From positions 1 to 61,766 of the forward strand of contig CAZSJY010000002.1 in assembly GCA_964607375.1 (NCBI GenBank): a DNA stretch of 61,766 nt, read 5' to 3'. Source of the DNA: an uncultured bacterium (GTDB lineage: Bacteria > Fidelibacterota > Marinisomatia > SCGC-AAA003-L08 > JACNLC01). The notes under the pieces are model-generated. The model was not told the origin of the DNA. It searched no databases and was given only the letters and a program-made list of their open reading frames with translations. Made by a program: the position numbers and the translations under genes. This document shows, in pieces, positions 9,105 to 18,493 of this stretch. Position 1 is the first letter of the stretch. The number at the start of each line of letters is the position of its first letter.

Positions 9105-10336
9105 TAAATCCGATTATTACAGTTGGGATAATTTGTGCAATTTCCGTTGTTGGATTATATTTTCTTTATGGATGGTTTCGTCCGAGAAGAAAATCCAACA
9201 TCAAAGATTTATATTCAGAAGGATTGGATATGCTTATCACGGGTTACAGAAAAGGAGCCTATCAGAATTTTAAGACAATTATACATAAAGATACTAATAA
9301 TGTAAAAGCATACATCAAATTGGGCCAAGTTACTCGTGAAAGTGGGAATCCTGAACAAGCTCTTAAAATTCATAATAGCTTAACATTAAGAAAAAGAATT
9401 TCTGCTTATGAACAACTTGAACTGTTCAAGAATTTAGCATTGGATTATTACGAACTAAACAATCTTCCATCAGCTATAGAACAAGCAATTAAAATCCTAA
9501 CTACTGAAAAGAAAAATGAGTGGGCTCTATCTCATCTAATCAAGTTTTACAGAGAAAACAATGATTGGAAAAAAGCAGGAGAATATCTGGCTAAATACCA
9601 AAAAGTTACTGAGACAACAGATCCCCATAAAATTGGTTTATATAAGATTCAAGAAGGTAGATATGCTGTTAAAAATGGAGAATTTGATAAAGCTAGAAAT
9701 TTGTTTGAAGAAGCTCAAAAGATTGATGAAAAATTATATATTGTTCATTATTTTCTAGGTAATTCATATTCTTCAGAAAGTGAAATAGCTTATCGTGAAG
9801 CTTCAGTGATTGATGAGAAATCTTCACAAACTACCAGTGAAAAAGAATTGTATCAGGATTTACTTGGAAAAGCAAAAGTCCTTCTATCTAAATGCGTTCC
9901 ACATTGGGCTAGATTAGCAGAACTGATGCCTGAACAAGCCTGGCTTGTAATCCCAAAACTGAAAGATGCTTTGTTTGCCCTTGAACGATTTCACGAAATT
10001 GAAGATGTGTTGCGTCAAGTCCTTAGAAAAGATCCTAATAATATCAATGCATTGGCAAGTTTGGCAGATTTTTATGATCATCGTGGTGAGGCAATGGAGG
10101 CAATGGAACTAATTCAATCTGCTTGTGAAAAAGATGAAAATTCTATACTAGCTCAACTGATTCAGTTCAAATTCAAGGTTAAAAAAGAAGATAAACAGAA
10201 TCTCTCAGTAGAATTAGACAAAATTATTCAATTGATATCATCAAATCAAGATTTATTGAGAATGTACTATAAAACATCTAATGATTTGAAGTGGTTAGAA
10301 GAAACCGGAAGCGATATGGAGTCTATCTCTTTATGA
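9101..10336 (+). CDS. TPR repeat membrane protein, LapB/YciM-like but without the C-terminal rubredoxin Cys motifs
   Basis: It has an N-terminal TM helix and TPR-like repeats. No CxxC pairs occur at the C-terminus. Confidence 0.5.
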   Translation: MINPIITVGIICAISVVGLYFLYGWFRPRRKSNIKDLYSEGLDMLITGYRKGAYQNFKTIIHKDTNNVKAYIKLGQVTRESGNPEQALKIHNSLTLRKRISAYEQLELFKNLALDYYELNNLPSAIEQAIKILTTEKKNEWALSHLIKFYRENNDWKKAGEYLAKYQKVTETTDPHKIGLYKIQEGRYAVKNGEFDKARNLFEEAQKIDEKLYIVHYFLGNSYSSESEIAYREASVIDEKSSQTTSEKELYQDLLGKAKVLLSKCVPHWARLAELMPEQAWLVIPKLKDALFALERFHEIEDVLRQVLRKDPNNINALASLADFYDHRGEAMEAMELIQSACEKDENSILAQLIQFKFKVKKEDKQNLSVELDKIIQLISSNQDLLRMYYKTSNDLKWLEETGSDMESISL

Positions 10337-11145
10337 AATTAAAATTGTTCAAATCAATAACTCTTTTTGCAATTATCTGTTTTAACTTGCTTGTTGTTGC
10401 TCAGGATATTGATTTTTTTGTTCAAAGTACATTGGATGGAAAAACTGAAATTGCACGAAAATCATTCCATGAATTGGAAAATATGTACCCGAATGATCCT
10501 GGAGTGCTGTACTTAAAAGGGCTTTTGGAAAGCGATGGTAGTAAAGCGAAAGACATTTTTACAGATGTTTTTAATCGACATTCTAATAGTAAATATGCAG
10601 ATGATGCTGTTATGAGAGTTGGAGAATACTATTATGTAGCTGGTTTGTACATTCAAGCTTCTAATTGGTTTCAGAAAATGCCGAGGTATTTTTCAAGATC
10701 TGAACATATAGAACGGGCAATCAAATTGTATCTAAATTCTCTTGTTATATCTGGAGATATTGATACAGCTAGGTTCTACTCTAGAGTATTCGAAAGACAA
10801 TTCCCAAAAATGGATCTGCCATCTAATATAATTGAGATAATTCAGCAAGAAGTTTCTGAAAAACCGAGTGTAGAGGTTCATAAACCTACTGAAGTAAGTC
10901 CTAAGATTAGAAATGCATTTTCACTTCAAGTTGGAGCTTTTAGCTCTAAAGAAAATGCACAGAGAATAGTTGATAAGTTAAATTCTCGAGGATTTAGAGC
11001 TAGGATAGAGGAAATCAGTTCTGGTAGCAATATCCTATTTGCCGTTCGAGAGGGTTATTACATCTCAAAAGATAAAGCAAATATAGTAGGAAGTAATATA
11101 AAGTCCCGTTTAGATTTAGATACAATTGTTGTAAAAAACAAGTAA
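10333..11145 (+). CDS. TPR plus SPOR domain protein
   Basis: ATG 10333 overlaps the upstream stop (ATGA) and gives the signal sequence MKLKLFKSITLFAIICF. The C-terminal segment FSLQVGAFSSKENAQRIVDKL...AVREGYY is SPOR-like. Confidence 0.65.
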   Translation: MKLKLFKSITLFAIICFNLLVVAQDIDFFVQSTLDGKTEIARKSFHELENMYPNDPGVLYLKGLLESDGSKAKDIFTDVFNRHSNSKYADDAVMRVGEYYYVAGLYIQASNWFQKMPRYFSRSEHIERAIKLYLNSLVISGDIDTARFYSRVFERQFPKMDLPSNIIEIIQQEVSEKPSVEVHKPTEVSPKIRNAFSLQVGAFSSKENAQRIVDKLNSRGFRARIEEISSGSNILFAVREGYYISKDKANIVGSNIKSRLDLDTIVVKNK

Positions 11146-11156
11146 CCAACAATTTT

Positions 11157-11248
11157 GGAAGCGAACGCGACCCTGGTGGGCGCCGCGGTCTTCAAAGCCG
11201 TTGTGTGGCAGTGATGTCATAGGTGGATTCGATTTCCACACGCTTCCG
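11157..11248 (+). tRNA. selC: tRNA-Sec (anticodon UCA)
   Basis: This is a GC-rich island in AT-rich DNA. The sequence is GGAAGCGAACGCGACCCUGGUGGGCGCCGCGGUCUUCAAAGCCGU...GUGGAUUCGAUUUCCACACGCUUCCG. The anticodon loop is CUUCAAA (UCA at 11192-11194). It has a 6-bp-class D stem with a 4-nt loop UGGU, a long variable arm, T-loop UUCGAUU and discriminator G. Its 5' GGAAG resembles E. coli selC. Confidence 0.85.
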
Positions 11249-11497
11249 CAAATATCGACTAACCAAGTCGTAAAAGCTTGAAATTATCCTAGATTTATCG
11301 AGTGCCAATCCTAGTTCGGAGATTACAAAGAATCACTAACAAAAGTGAAAGCATTTATGATACACATTAATCAAAATCGTATTTGGTAAATAATAATATT
11401 AATATATACAACACAAAAACATAAAATAATAAGGTAATAACATCATATAGCATAAAAATTAATTGCATTATATAGTAAATGAGTAATAATATAAAGT

Positions 11498-11971
11498 ATG
11501 GATAAAAAACATAATTATTTAGAAATAGATTCAACTGACAAACGAATATTAGACATTTTGCAATTAGATGGTAGGGTATCTGCAAGCCATATTGCTGAAA
11601 TAATTGGGATGTCAGTGCCGGCAGTATCCGAACGAATCAAAAAGTTACAGGATATCGGTGTAATAACTGGATTTCAAGCAAAAGTGGATCATAAGAAAAT
11701 CGGATTGGATGTAACTGCATTAATTACAATCATTTCGGAATCATCAGACCATTATGGAGATGTAATTAAAGAAGCAAATGCTAATCGTAATGTGATTCAG
11801 TGTTTCTCAACTACAGGAAATGGTTCCCATGTATTACTGATTAAGACACGGAATACAGATTCACTCGAAAAACTTCTTAGAAGCATCCAAAGGTGGCCTG
11901 GAGTGATGAGGACAGAAACTCAATTGGTTTTGTCATCCTACAAAGAGATGGCACCAATTCCACTTAGTTAA
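11498..11971 (+). CDS. Lrp/AsnC family transcriptional regulator
   Basis: It has an HTH (DKRILDILQLDGRVSASHIAEIIGMSVPAVSERIKKL) plus an RAM/AsnC_trans_reg domain. Confidence 0.85.
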   Translation: MDKKHNYLEIDSTDKRILDILQLDGRVSASHIAEIIGMSVPAVSERIKKLQDIGVITGFQAKVDHKKIGLDVTALITIISESSDHYGDVIKEANANRNVIQCFSTTGNGSHVLLIKTRNTDSLEKLLRSIQRWPGVMRTETQLVLSSYKEMAPIPLS

Positions 11972-12010
11972 ATTCAACTTCTAACTAACCAATTTCAATA
12001 AGGAGATAAA

Positions 12011-13021
12011 ATGGCAAAGATAATAGCAGAATATATTTGGATAGACGGGCATAAACCAACACAAAAAATGCGTGGAAAAACCAAGATATTAGAAGGACCA
12101 ATTACAGATATTTCACAATTACCTGAATGGGGATTTGATGGTTCAAGTACAATGCAAGCGGAAGGTCATAGTAGCGATTGTATTCTTCAGCCTGTTAGGT
12201 TGATTCCTGATCCTATTCGTGGGGGAGATAATATAAAAGTTTTGTGTGAAGTGTTTAACCTAGATGGTTCAGTACACTCTACAAATTTCCGTGCTAAATT
12301 GCGTGAATTAGCAGAGAAAAATGCACATCACGAATTACTTTTTGGTATTGAGCAAGAATATACTTTTATGGACGGAGTAAAACCTTTAGGCTGGCCCAGT
12401 AACGGATTTCCTGCTCCTCAAGGTGGTTACTATTGCGGGGTTGGTTCTGACGAAGTATATGGTCGAGATATTGCGGAAGATCATATGGATGTGTGTATGA
12501 GAGCAGGGATAGAAATCTCAGGGATCAATGCTGAAGTTATGCCTGCTCAATGGGAATTTCAAATTGGACCATTAGGAGCATTGGAAGCATCAGATGAAAC
12601 TTGGTTGGCTAGGTGGCTTTTGTATAGAATTGGTGAAAATTATAGTGTGAGTGCAACTCTGCATCCCAAACCGGTAAAAGGTGATTGGAACGGTGCTGGT
12701 GCTCATACAAATTTCAGCACAAAGGAAATGCGTGAAGAAGGTGGAATCAAGTACATTGAAGATGCCTGTAAAAAATTAGAAGCAAAGCACGTAGAACATA
12801 TAGCTATTTATGGAGCTCACAACGAAGAACGGTTAACCGGTCTTCACGAAACTTGCAGTATGCACGAATTTAGATATGGGGTAAGTGATAGAGGTGCTTC
12901 TGTGAGAATTCCTGCTACTGTGTCAAAGGAACAAAAGGGATATCTTGAGGATAGACGACCATCAGCCAATATGGACCCATATCGCGTTTGTTCGGCACTA
13001 ATTGAAACAATTTGTGAATAA
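12011..13021 (+). CDS. glnII: Glutamine synthetase type II (eukaryote-like GSII)
   Basis: The N-terminus AEYIWIDG and the motifs GSDEVYGRD, QWEFQIGP and NGAGAHTNFS are present. The length is about 336 aa. An AAGGAG RBS precedes it. Confidence 0.85.
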   Translation: MAKIIAEYIWIDGHKPTQKMRGKTKILEGPITDISQLPEWGFDGSSTMQAEGHSSDCILQPVRLIPDPIRGGDNIKVLCEVFNLDGSVHSTNFRAKLRELAEKNAHHELLFGIEQEYTFMDGVKPLGWPSNGFPAPQGGYYCGVGSDEVYGRDIAEDHMDVCMRAGIEISGINAEVMPAQWEFQIGPLGALEASDETWLARWLLYRIGENYSVSATLHPKPVKGDWNGAGAHTNFSTKEMREEGGIKYIEDACKKLEAKHVEHIAIYGAHNEERLTGLHETCSMHEFRYGVSDRGASVRIPATVSKEQKGYLEDRRPSANMDPYRVCSALIETICE

Positions 13022-13043
13022 ATTTCAATAAAAGCACTTAATA

Positions 13044-13070
13044 GGAGTAACCGATGGTTACCCCTATTTT
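13044..13070 (+). terminator. Rho-independent terminator of glnII
   Basis: Hairpin GGAGTAACC-GAT-GGTTACCCC is followed by TATTTT. Confidence 0.65.
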
Positions 13071-13269
13071 ATCACTATAAACATCTATAGTCTTGTGCTA
13101 ATTATTCCAGCTTTTGTTGAGTTTGTAGGAATAAACAATATTGTCTCAAGTATTTGGATGAATCCGATTTTTGAAAAAAGAATACTGATTTACGAATGTT
13201 GAAGAATTTTCAAATCCTTCACTTTAACCTCGTCCTTTGAGGATCGGAAAAACTAAGGGAAACATTTTT

Positions 13270-13935
13270 TTATTCCGGATAGCCGATTCTCTCAAATGGA
13301 TTTACAACGCTTGAAATTAGATTTCTAGAATGAGCAGCAATTCGTTTTAGATATCGGGCATACAAAGCTACAGATGTTGCGATATAGCTATCTAAATCAA
13401 CAATTTTAGCGGAAAGGATATCATTTGTAACCTTATCACATTTGTTAGATATATCTGTTTTGTATGTTTGCATCAATTCTCTGGCAAGCTCAATATCTTG
13501 GTTTTTAAATGCCTTGATTGCTTGCTCAAAAAGTTTTGATACTCGTTTTTCAATTTTAACAATAGTTTTTTCAACACTCCCACATTCTAATTTTTTTTGG
13601 TGTTGCACAGCAAGATCGTAGATGTTTTTTGTGTAATCACCTATACGCTCAATATCAATTACTACACTGACCAAAATTAAACCAGAACCAAGATCTTCTG
13701 AACCACTTATAGCTAGGTGAGTCATAATTTTTCGACGAACATCTCTTTCAAATTCATTGATTTTTCTGTCCATTGCGTATATGTTAATTGGGATATCTGC
13801 AGAATCACTTTTTCTTAATGACTCAATTGATGCATTGAACATTTCTAAGTCAATATCTAGCATTTCGTGGCATTCATCTAGTGCTTGAGAATAAAGACTA
13901 TCTGATTTAAATAAGTTGAATATTTGTTTAAACAT
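13270..13935 (-). CDS. PhoU-family phosphate-uptake regulator-like protein
   Basis: Two PhoU-type repeats are present (IERIGDYTKNIYD and LKRIAAHSRNL). The gene lies 4 nt downstream of a Na/Pi cotransporter gene. Confidence 0.65.
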   Translation of the reverse strand: MFKQIFNLFKSDSLYSQALDECHEMLDIDLEMFNASIESLRKSDSADIPINIYAMDRKINEFERDVRRKIMTHLAISGSEDLGSGLILVSVVIDIERIGDYTKNIYDLAVQHQKKLECGSVEKTIVKIEKRVSKLFEQAIKAFKNQDIELARELMQTYKTDISNKCDKVTNDILSAKIVDLDSYIATSVALYARYLKRIAAHSRNLISSVVNPFERIGYPE

Positions 13936-13939
13936 TATC

Positions 13940-15052
13940 TTAACCTCCGATGAAAATTATTGTAATTGGAATGATAACAAAAAGAATTAATAAATAAATA
14001 AGAGGACTAAACTTGTTTTTAACGGACAAACTTGAAAGAGTTTCTGCACACCAAAGTGGTATTGCTCGTAAAAATGGAATTGTGTAAATAACCAAAATTC
14101 CAAAAATATTGAATAGCAAATGAGCCAATGCAGCATAAAGTGCTGTAACATTTAGGGTTAGTGCCGCAAACAAAGCGGTTACTGTTGTCCCGATATTTGC
14201 TCCCAAAGTGTAAGGGAAAATCTGCCTTAAACTCAACACTCCTGCTCCTGCGAGAGGAACGACTAAAGATGTAGTAACCGATGAACTTTGCACCATAATT
14301 GTTAAAATAACTCCGAAAATCATTCCTCTAATTGCAGTTTTGAAAATGTATCTGTCGAAAAATGATTCAATTTTAGCGAGAACTAAACTTTTCAGAAGTT
14401 TGACAATTGCATATAGCATCAAAAATGTAACTAAAACGCTTAATACTAAATAGAATATATTGTTGTCAAATGAAAATCCTTCAATGAATTTTGCTCCGGC
14501 TTTAACTGCAGTTTTTATAGGCGATTTAAACGATTCACTTGCTGAAGCATGTCCAGATAATATATCTCCTAAAAACACAGCACTTCTTTTTATGAAATGG
14601 AAAGACATTTCCAACGGAAATAGAATAATAACAGCCATTATATTAAAGAAATCGTGAACAGTAGATGCCGAAAACGCCCGTCTAAATTCTGAATTCTGAC
14701 GGATATGTCCAATAGAAACGATAGTGTTTGTAACTGTTGTTCCGATATTAGCGCCCATAATCATCGGAATTGCGTTTGATAATGTTAATCCTGTGCCAGT
14801 TATTGCACTTGCACTAACCATACTCACAATAATAGATGTTGTTGTAGATGAACTTTGAAATAAAGAAGTAGCTAAAATCCCAATAAACAGAGCAGTAAAT
14901 GGATTACTTGTTGTATTCAAGACCTGACTTGCAAAATCACCACCCATATGTTTAATGGCTGATGACATTCCTTTAATACCAACAAGAAATAAGTATAAAA
15001 AGAAAAACAAACCTAAAACTTTAATGATAGTGTTTATTACATTTTTGTTCAT
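13940..15052 (-). CDS. Na+/phosphate cotransporter family protein (NptA-like)
   Basis: It is polytopic and has duplicated GANIGTTVT motifs. Confidence 0.8.
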   Translation of the reverse strand: MNKNVINTIIKVLGLFFFLYLFLVGIKGMSSAIKHMGGDFASQVLNTTSNPFTALFIGILATSLFQSSSTTTSIIVSMVSASAITGTGLTLSNAIPMIMGANIGTTVTNTIVSIGHIRQNSEFRRAFSASTVHDFFNIMAVIILFPLEMSFHFIKRSAVFLGDILSGHASASESFKSPIKTAVKAGAKFIEGFSFDNNIFYLVLSVLVTFLMLYAIVKLLKSLVLAKIESFFDRYIFKTAIRGMIFGVILTIMVQSSSVTTSLVVPLAGAGVLSLRQIFPYTLGANIGTTVTALFAALTLNVTALYAALAHLLFNIFGILVIYTIPFLRAIPLWCAETLSSLSVKNKFSPLIYLLILFVIIPITIIFIGG

Positions 15053-15056
15053 ATTA

Positions 15057-15458
15057 CTAATTTAACTTCTCAAACCAACTATAGATTTCATTTCTAACCT
15101 TTGTATAGGCTTTTAATTTTTGTTCATAGGTTCCCTTAGCGTGATATGGGTCTTCGAAACCGTGATGGATGATTTGTTTACAACTACCGGTGAATACTGG
15201 ACAGTTATCGTGTGCGTGGTCGCAAACAGTTACGACGATTTCAAAATCCATTTGAGTGAATTTATCTATATTCTCTGGTTGATGGTGAGAAATATCAATT
15301 CCAATATCTTGCATTACTTCTACGGCGAAGGCACTTACTTTTTCAGCAGGATTAACTCCAGCACTAAAAGCATTCCACCCTAAATTTCGTGCAATTCCTT
15401 CAGCCATTTGAGAACGGCAAGAATTTCCTGTACATATAAATAAGATTTTCTTTTTCAA
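15057..15458 (-). CDS. arsC: Arsenate reductase, LMW-PTP / thioredoxin-coupled type
   Basis: The P-loop CTGNSCRS and the distal Cys pair VCDHAHDNCP are present. Length is 133 aa. Confidence 0.8.
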   Translation of the reverse strand: MKKKILFICTGNSCRSQMAEGIARNLGWNAFSAGVNPAEKVSAFAVEVMQDIGIDISHHQPENIDKFTQMDFEIVVTVCDHAHDNCPVFTGSCKQIIHHGFEDPYHAKGTYEQKLKAYTKVRNEIYSWFEKLN

Positions 15459-15546
15459 ATTTCTAATATTTATCTTTCATTTGATTAGAAAAATTAACAC
15501 AAAGCTTTTACTATTTTAAAGTGAATTTTAATTACTAAATTTAGAG

Positions 15547-16020
15547 GTGAAAAACAAAATACTAATTAGTGCATGTATACTTGGTGAAAACTGTAGATAT
15601 GATGGAAAAAATTGCAGTCAACAATTTCTTATAAATGCAAATGTAGAATGGCTTCCAGTTTGTCCAGAGGTTCAAGGTAATTTGGAAACTCCACGAGCTC
15701 CAGCAGAATTGCAAGGTAATGCAGAAGAAATTTTGCGTGGAAATTCCAGAATCTTGAACAATGTTGGCGAAGATGTTACAAGTAATTTTATTAACGGAAC
15801 CAAGAAATGTATAGAAATTGCAAATCGAGAGAATATCACTTTTGCTATACTAAAATCTAGAAGTCCATCTTGTGGAGTAGGGGAAGTCTATGACGGATCA
15901 TTTTCTGGAAATCTAACAAAAGGTGATGGCCTCTTTTCACATTTGTGTCAGAAAAATGGAATAAAGATTGTTTCATCAGATGATTATAGTGCAATTCAAA
16001 AAGTAATTGGTAGAAAGTAG
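15547..16020 (+). CDS. DUF523 family protein (2-thiouracil desulfurase-like)
   Basis: The sequence ILISACILGENCRYDG...CPEV...SPSCG is a typical DUF523 Cys pattern. Confidence 0.65.
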   Translation: MKNKILISACILGENCRYDGKNCSQQFLINANVEWLPVCPEVQGNLETPRAPAELQGNAEEILRGNSRILNNVGEDVTSNFINGTKKCIEIANRENITFAILKSRSPSCGVGEVYDGSFSGNLTKGDGLFSHLCQKNGIKIVSSDDYSAIQKVIGRK

Positions 16021-16151
16021 TATTTAGTCCGAAATTTCTTTAGTGTTCAATTCTTACATAATGTTAGATAAGGAAAACAAATATTAATCTTGAGATTGGC
16101 ATATTACTTGTAGTTATCGCTGGTACAGTAATCTTTTTTGTTAAAGAATGG

Positions 16152-17921
16152 TTGCCTATGGAGGTAACTGCCCTTGGGGCAATGGGTCTTTTGTTGTTTG
16201 TGAGCAAAGTATTTCCAGATATAAACATTCTAAATATTGATGAAGCAGTAAGTGGATTTAGCAATAAAGCTGTAATTACAATCGGTGCGATTTTTATTAT
16301 GAGTCGCTCATTAGTAAAAACTGGTTTCTTAGAAGTTTTTGCTGATACTATTTATCAATCAATCGGTAACAGAAAATGGTTGACAATTACTATATTTTTG
16401 GTGACTGTTTCCATAATTTCTGGATTTATTAATAATACCGCCGCAGTTGCAATTTTTATTCCGTTAGCTATAAATCTATGCCAAAAGTTCAAGATTAGCC
16501 CTACAAAAATACTGTTACCATTGTCGTATGCTGCTATTTTCGGTGGAACGCTCACGCTCATTGGAACATCAACAAATTTGGTTGTAAGTTCGTTGATGGA
16601 AGTTGAAGGATTGCAACCTTTCCGTATGTTTGAATTTATGAAGTTAGGAATTATCTTTTTAATTGTCGGAACAATTTACAATATCTTTGTCAGTCGTTGG
16701 ATGTTGCCTTCTCGTTCTATTATTTCATCTTTAACTCGTAAATATCATATGGGTCGATACCTAACTGAGTTTAAAGTTGATGCAGATTCTCCAATGATTG
16801 GAAAATTCTACAGAGAAATTCCACTTGATGAGGATTTCAATTTCAATGTTTTGATGGTAATTCGAGATGATTTCAGATACCGAAACAATATAAGCTCAAT
16901 GACAATAAGAGAGGGGGATGTTTTTCTAGCACGCATCAATGTTGCTGATATTATGCGATTCAAAGATGAGATGAAGTTTTTACTATTATCTGATGTAAAG
17001 ATGACGCAACAAGAATTATCCGGAAAAAACCATGTTGTTGTCGAAGGTATTGTGTCTCAATATTCGTCAATGATTGATAAGACTCTTAGAGAAGTTGATT
17101 TTAGAAATCGTTTTAGTGGATTTGTTTTGGCAGTTAGAAGACAGCGAGAAATCATTCGTGAAAAAATCGCTCACATCAAATTAAAGTTCTCTGATACACT
17201 TCTTATTCTTGTTCCTCGTGATAAACTTGAAGATTTGCGTTCAAACAAAGATATCATCATTCTTGAAGAGTTGAACATTTGTCTAAAATACGAACGATAT
17301 TGGTGGTTGTCAATTTTGGTAATTCCGTTGATAATGATTTTAGCTTCATTCGGAATTATTGATATAATGACAGGTGCTGTTTTGGGAGCAATTTTATTGT
17401 TACTTCTTCGTTCATTATCGGTACAGGAAGCTTATGATTCCATCAATTGGTCTGTAATATTCTTACTAGCTGCACTTATGCCATTCGGAATTGCTTTGAG
17501 AAATACTCAAGCAGATTTACTAATCGGTGATTTGATTTTTCAATTAGGTGAATTCATTGGAGGAGGAGAACACAATTTGTTGATGTATTTATCAATAGTC
17601 TATTTCATTTCATTTTTCTTTACTGCATTTATTTCTAATGTTGCGATTGGTGTCATAATGGTTCCATTTGCGATTACTTTGGCAAGAGTCTTATCAAATG
17701 AAGTAGGTTTTGAAGTTGACCCAAGACCATTTTTGGTCGCAATTGCATTCGGAGCATCTACTTGTTTTATGACTCCAGTGGGATATCAAACAAACCTTAT
17801 GGTATTCGCTCCAGGGCAATATCGCTTTATGGATTTTGTTAAAATTGGACTTCCACTTTCATTAATATTTTGGATCTTAGCTACCATTTTCATTCCTATT
17901 TATTGGCCCTTTTCAGGTTGA
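16152..17921 (+). CDS. DASS/SLC13-type (ArsB/NhaD superfamily) permease with two central TrkA-C domains
   Basis: Polytopic halves flank two RCK_C-like segments. The true start is probably upstream of 16152, because the frame is open from 16068 and encodes a TM helix there. Confidence 0.7.
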   Translation: MPMEVTALGAMGLLLFVSKVFPDINILNIDEAVSGFSNKAVITIGAIFIMSRSLVKTGFLEVFADTIYQSIGNRKWLTITIFLVTVSIISGFINNTAAVAIFIPLAINLCQKFKISPTKILLPLSYAAIFGGTLTLIGTSTNLVVSSLMEVEGLQPFRMFEFMKLGIIFLIVGTIYNIFVSRWMLPSRSIISSLTRKYHMGRYLTEFKVDADSPMIGKFYREIPLDEDFNFNVLMVIRDDFRYRNNISSMTIREGDVFLARINVADIMRFKDEMKFLLLSDVKMTQQELSGKNHVVVEGIVSQYSSMIDKTLREVDFRNRFSGFVLAVRRQREIIREKIAHIKLKFSDTLLILVPRDKLEDLRSNKDIIILEELNICLKYERYWWLSILVIPLIMILASFGIIDIMTGAVLGAILLLLLRSLSVQEAYDSINWSVIFLLAALMPFGIALRNTQADLLIGDLIFQLGEFIGGGEHNLLMYLSIVYFISFFFTAFISNVAIGVIMVPFAITLARVLSNEVGFEVDPRPFLVAIAFGASTCFMTPVGYQTNLMVFAPGQYRFMDFVKIGLPLSLIFWILATIFIPIYWPFSG

Positions 17922-18017
17922 TTATTCGATCAATATAGCAACATCCTATACATTTGCATATATAAAATAAAATATATACTCCTTCTGCCTTATTACTTTT
18001 ATTACTTAAATTACTAT

Positions 18018-18311
18018 ATGGAAAAACAAATAGATATTAATAAAGTAATAACAGCATCCAGAACTCTAAAGGTTTTGGCTCATCCAATTAGGATTAAAAT
18101 CGTAGAGTTTCTTGAAGAGGGTGAAAAAAATGTAGGTAGCATCCAAGACTTTATCGGTTTGGAACAAGCTGTAACTAGTCAACATCTGAAACTGATGTTT
18201 ACTAAAGGATTACTGAAACGCAGAAGAGAAGGTAATTTTATTTTCTACAGTATTCATAATGAAATTCTAGAAGGAATTCTGCATTGTATAAGAGATTGCA
18301 AAAATCCATAA
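18018..18311 (+). CDS. ArsR/SmtB family transcriptional regulator
   Basis: The winged HTH reads LKVLAHPIRIKIVEFLEEGEKNVGSIQDFIGLEQAVTSQHLKLM. Confidence 0.85.
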   Translation: MEKQIDINKVITASRTLKVLAHPIRIKIVEFLEEGEKNVGSIQDFIGLEQAVTSQHLKLMFTKGLLKRRREGNFIFYSIHNEILEGILHCIRDCKNP

Positions 18312-18493
18312 AGAAGTTAGTAAAACCAGTTATAGCAGGAGGTATTGGTGCTTTAATTGGATATTTTTATTTCAAATTAATTGGTTGCCGAAACGGTCAA
18401 TGTGTGTTAACAGGAACAGTATATCGAAGCATGGCATATTTCTTTCTAATTGGATTTGTAACTTTACTCCCATTTTTTTCATCTAAGAAGTGA
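18284..18493 (+). CDS. Small two-TM membrane protein with a GCxxGxC motif (DUF6132-like)
   Basis: The motif IGCRNGQCVLTG lies between two hydrophobic helices. The gene overlaps the end of arsR by 28 nt. Confidence 0.5.
   Translation: MYKRLQKSIKKLVKPVIAGGIGALIGYFYFKLIGCRNGQCVLTGTVYRSMAYFFLIGFVTLLPFFSSKK

Noticed and set aside
11340-11497. An extremely AT-rich 160-nt block after tRNA-Sec was considered as an integration scar or mobile-element boundary, because tRNA genes are common attachment sites.
   Set aside because: There is no integrase, no direct repeat of the tRNA 3' end, and no mobile genes nearby. It most simply contains the promoter/UP region of the lrp-glnII unit.
17919-18020. The TGA stop of the DASS permease is in frame with the ArsR ORF, with no intervening stop, which suggested Sec readthrough or a fusion.
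   Set aside because: The intervening 32 codons are AT-rich promoter-like sequence (LFDQYSNILYICIYKIKYI...). There is no hairpin after the UGA, and a transporter-ArsR fusion is implausible. It is a chance open frame.
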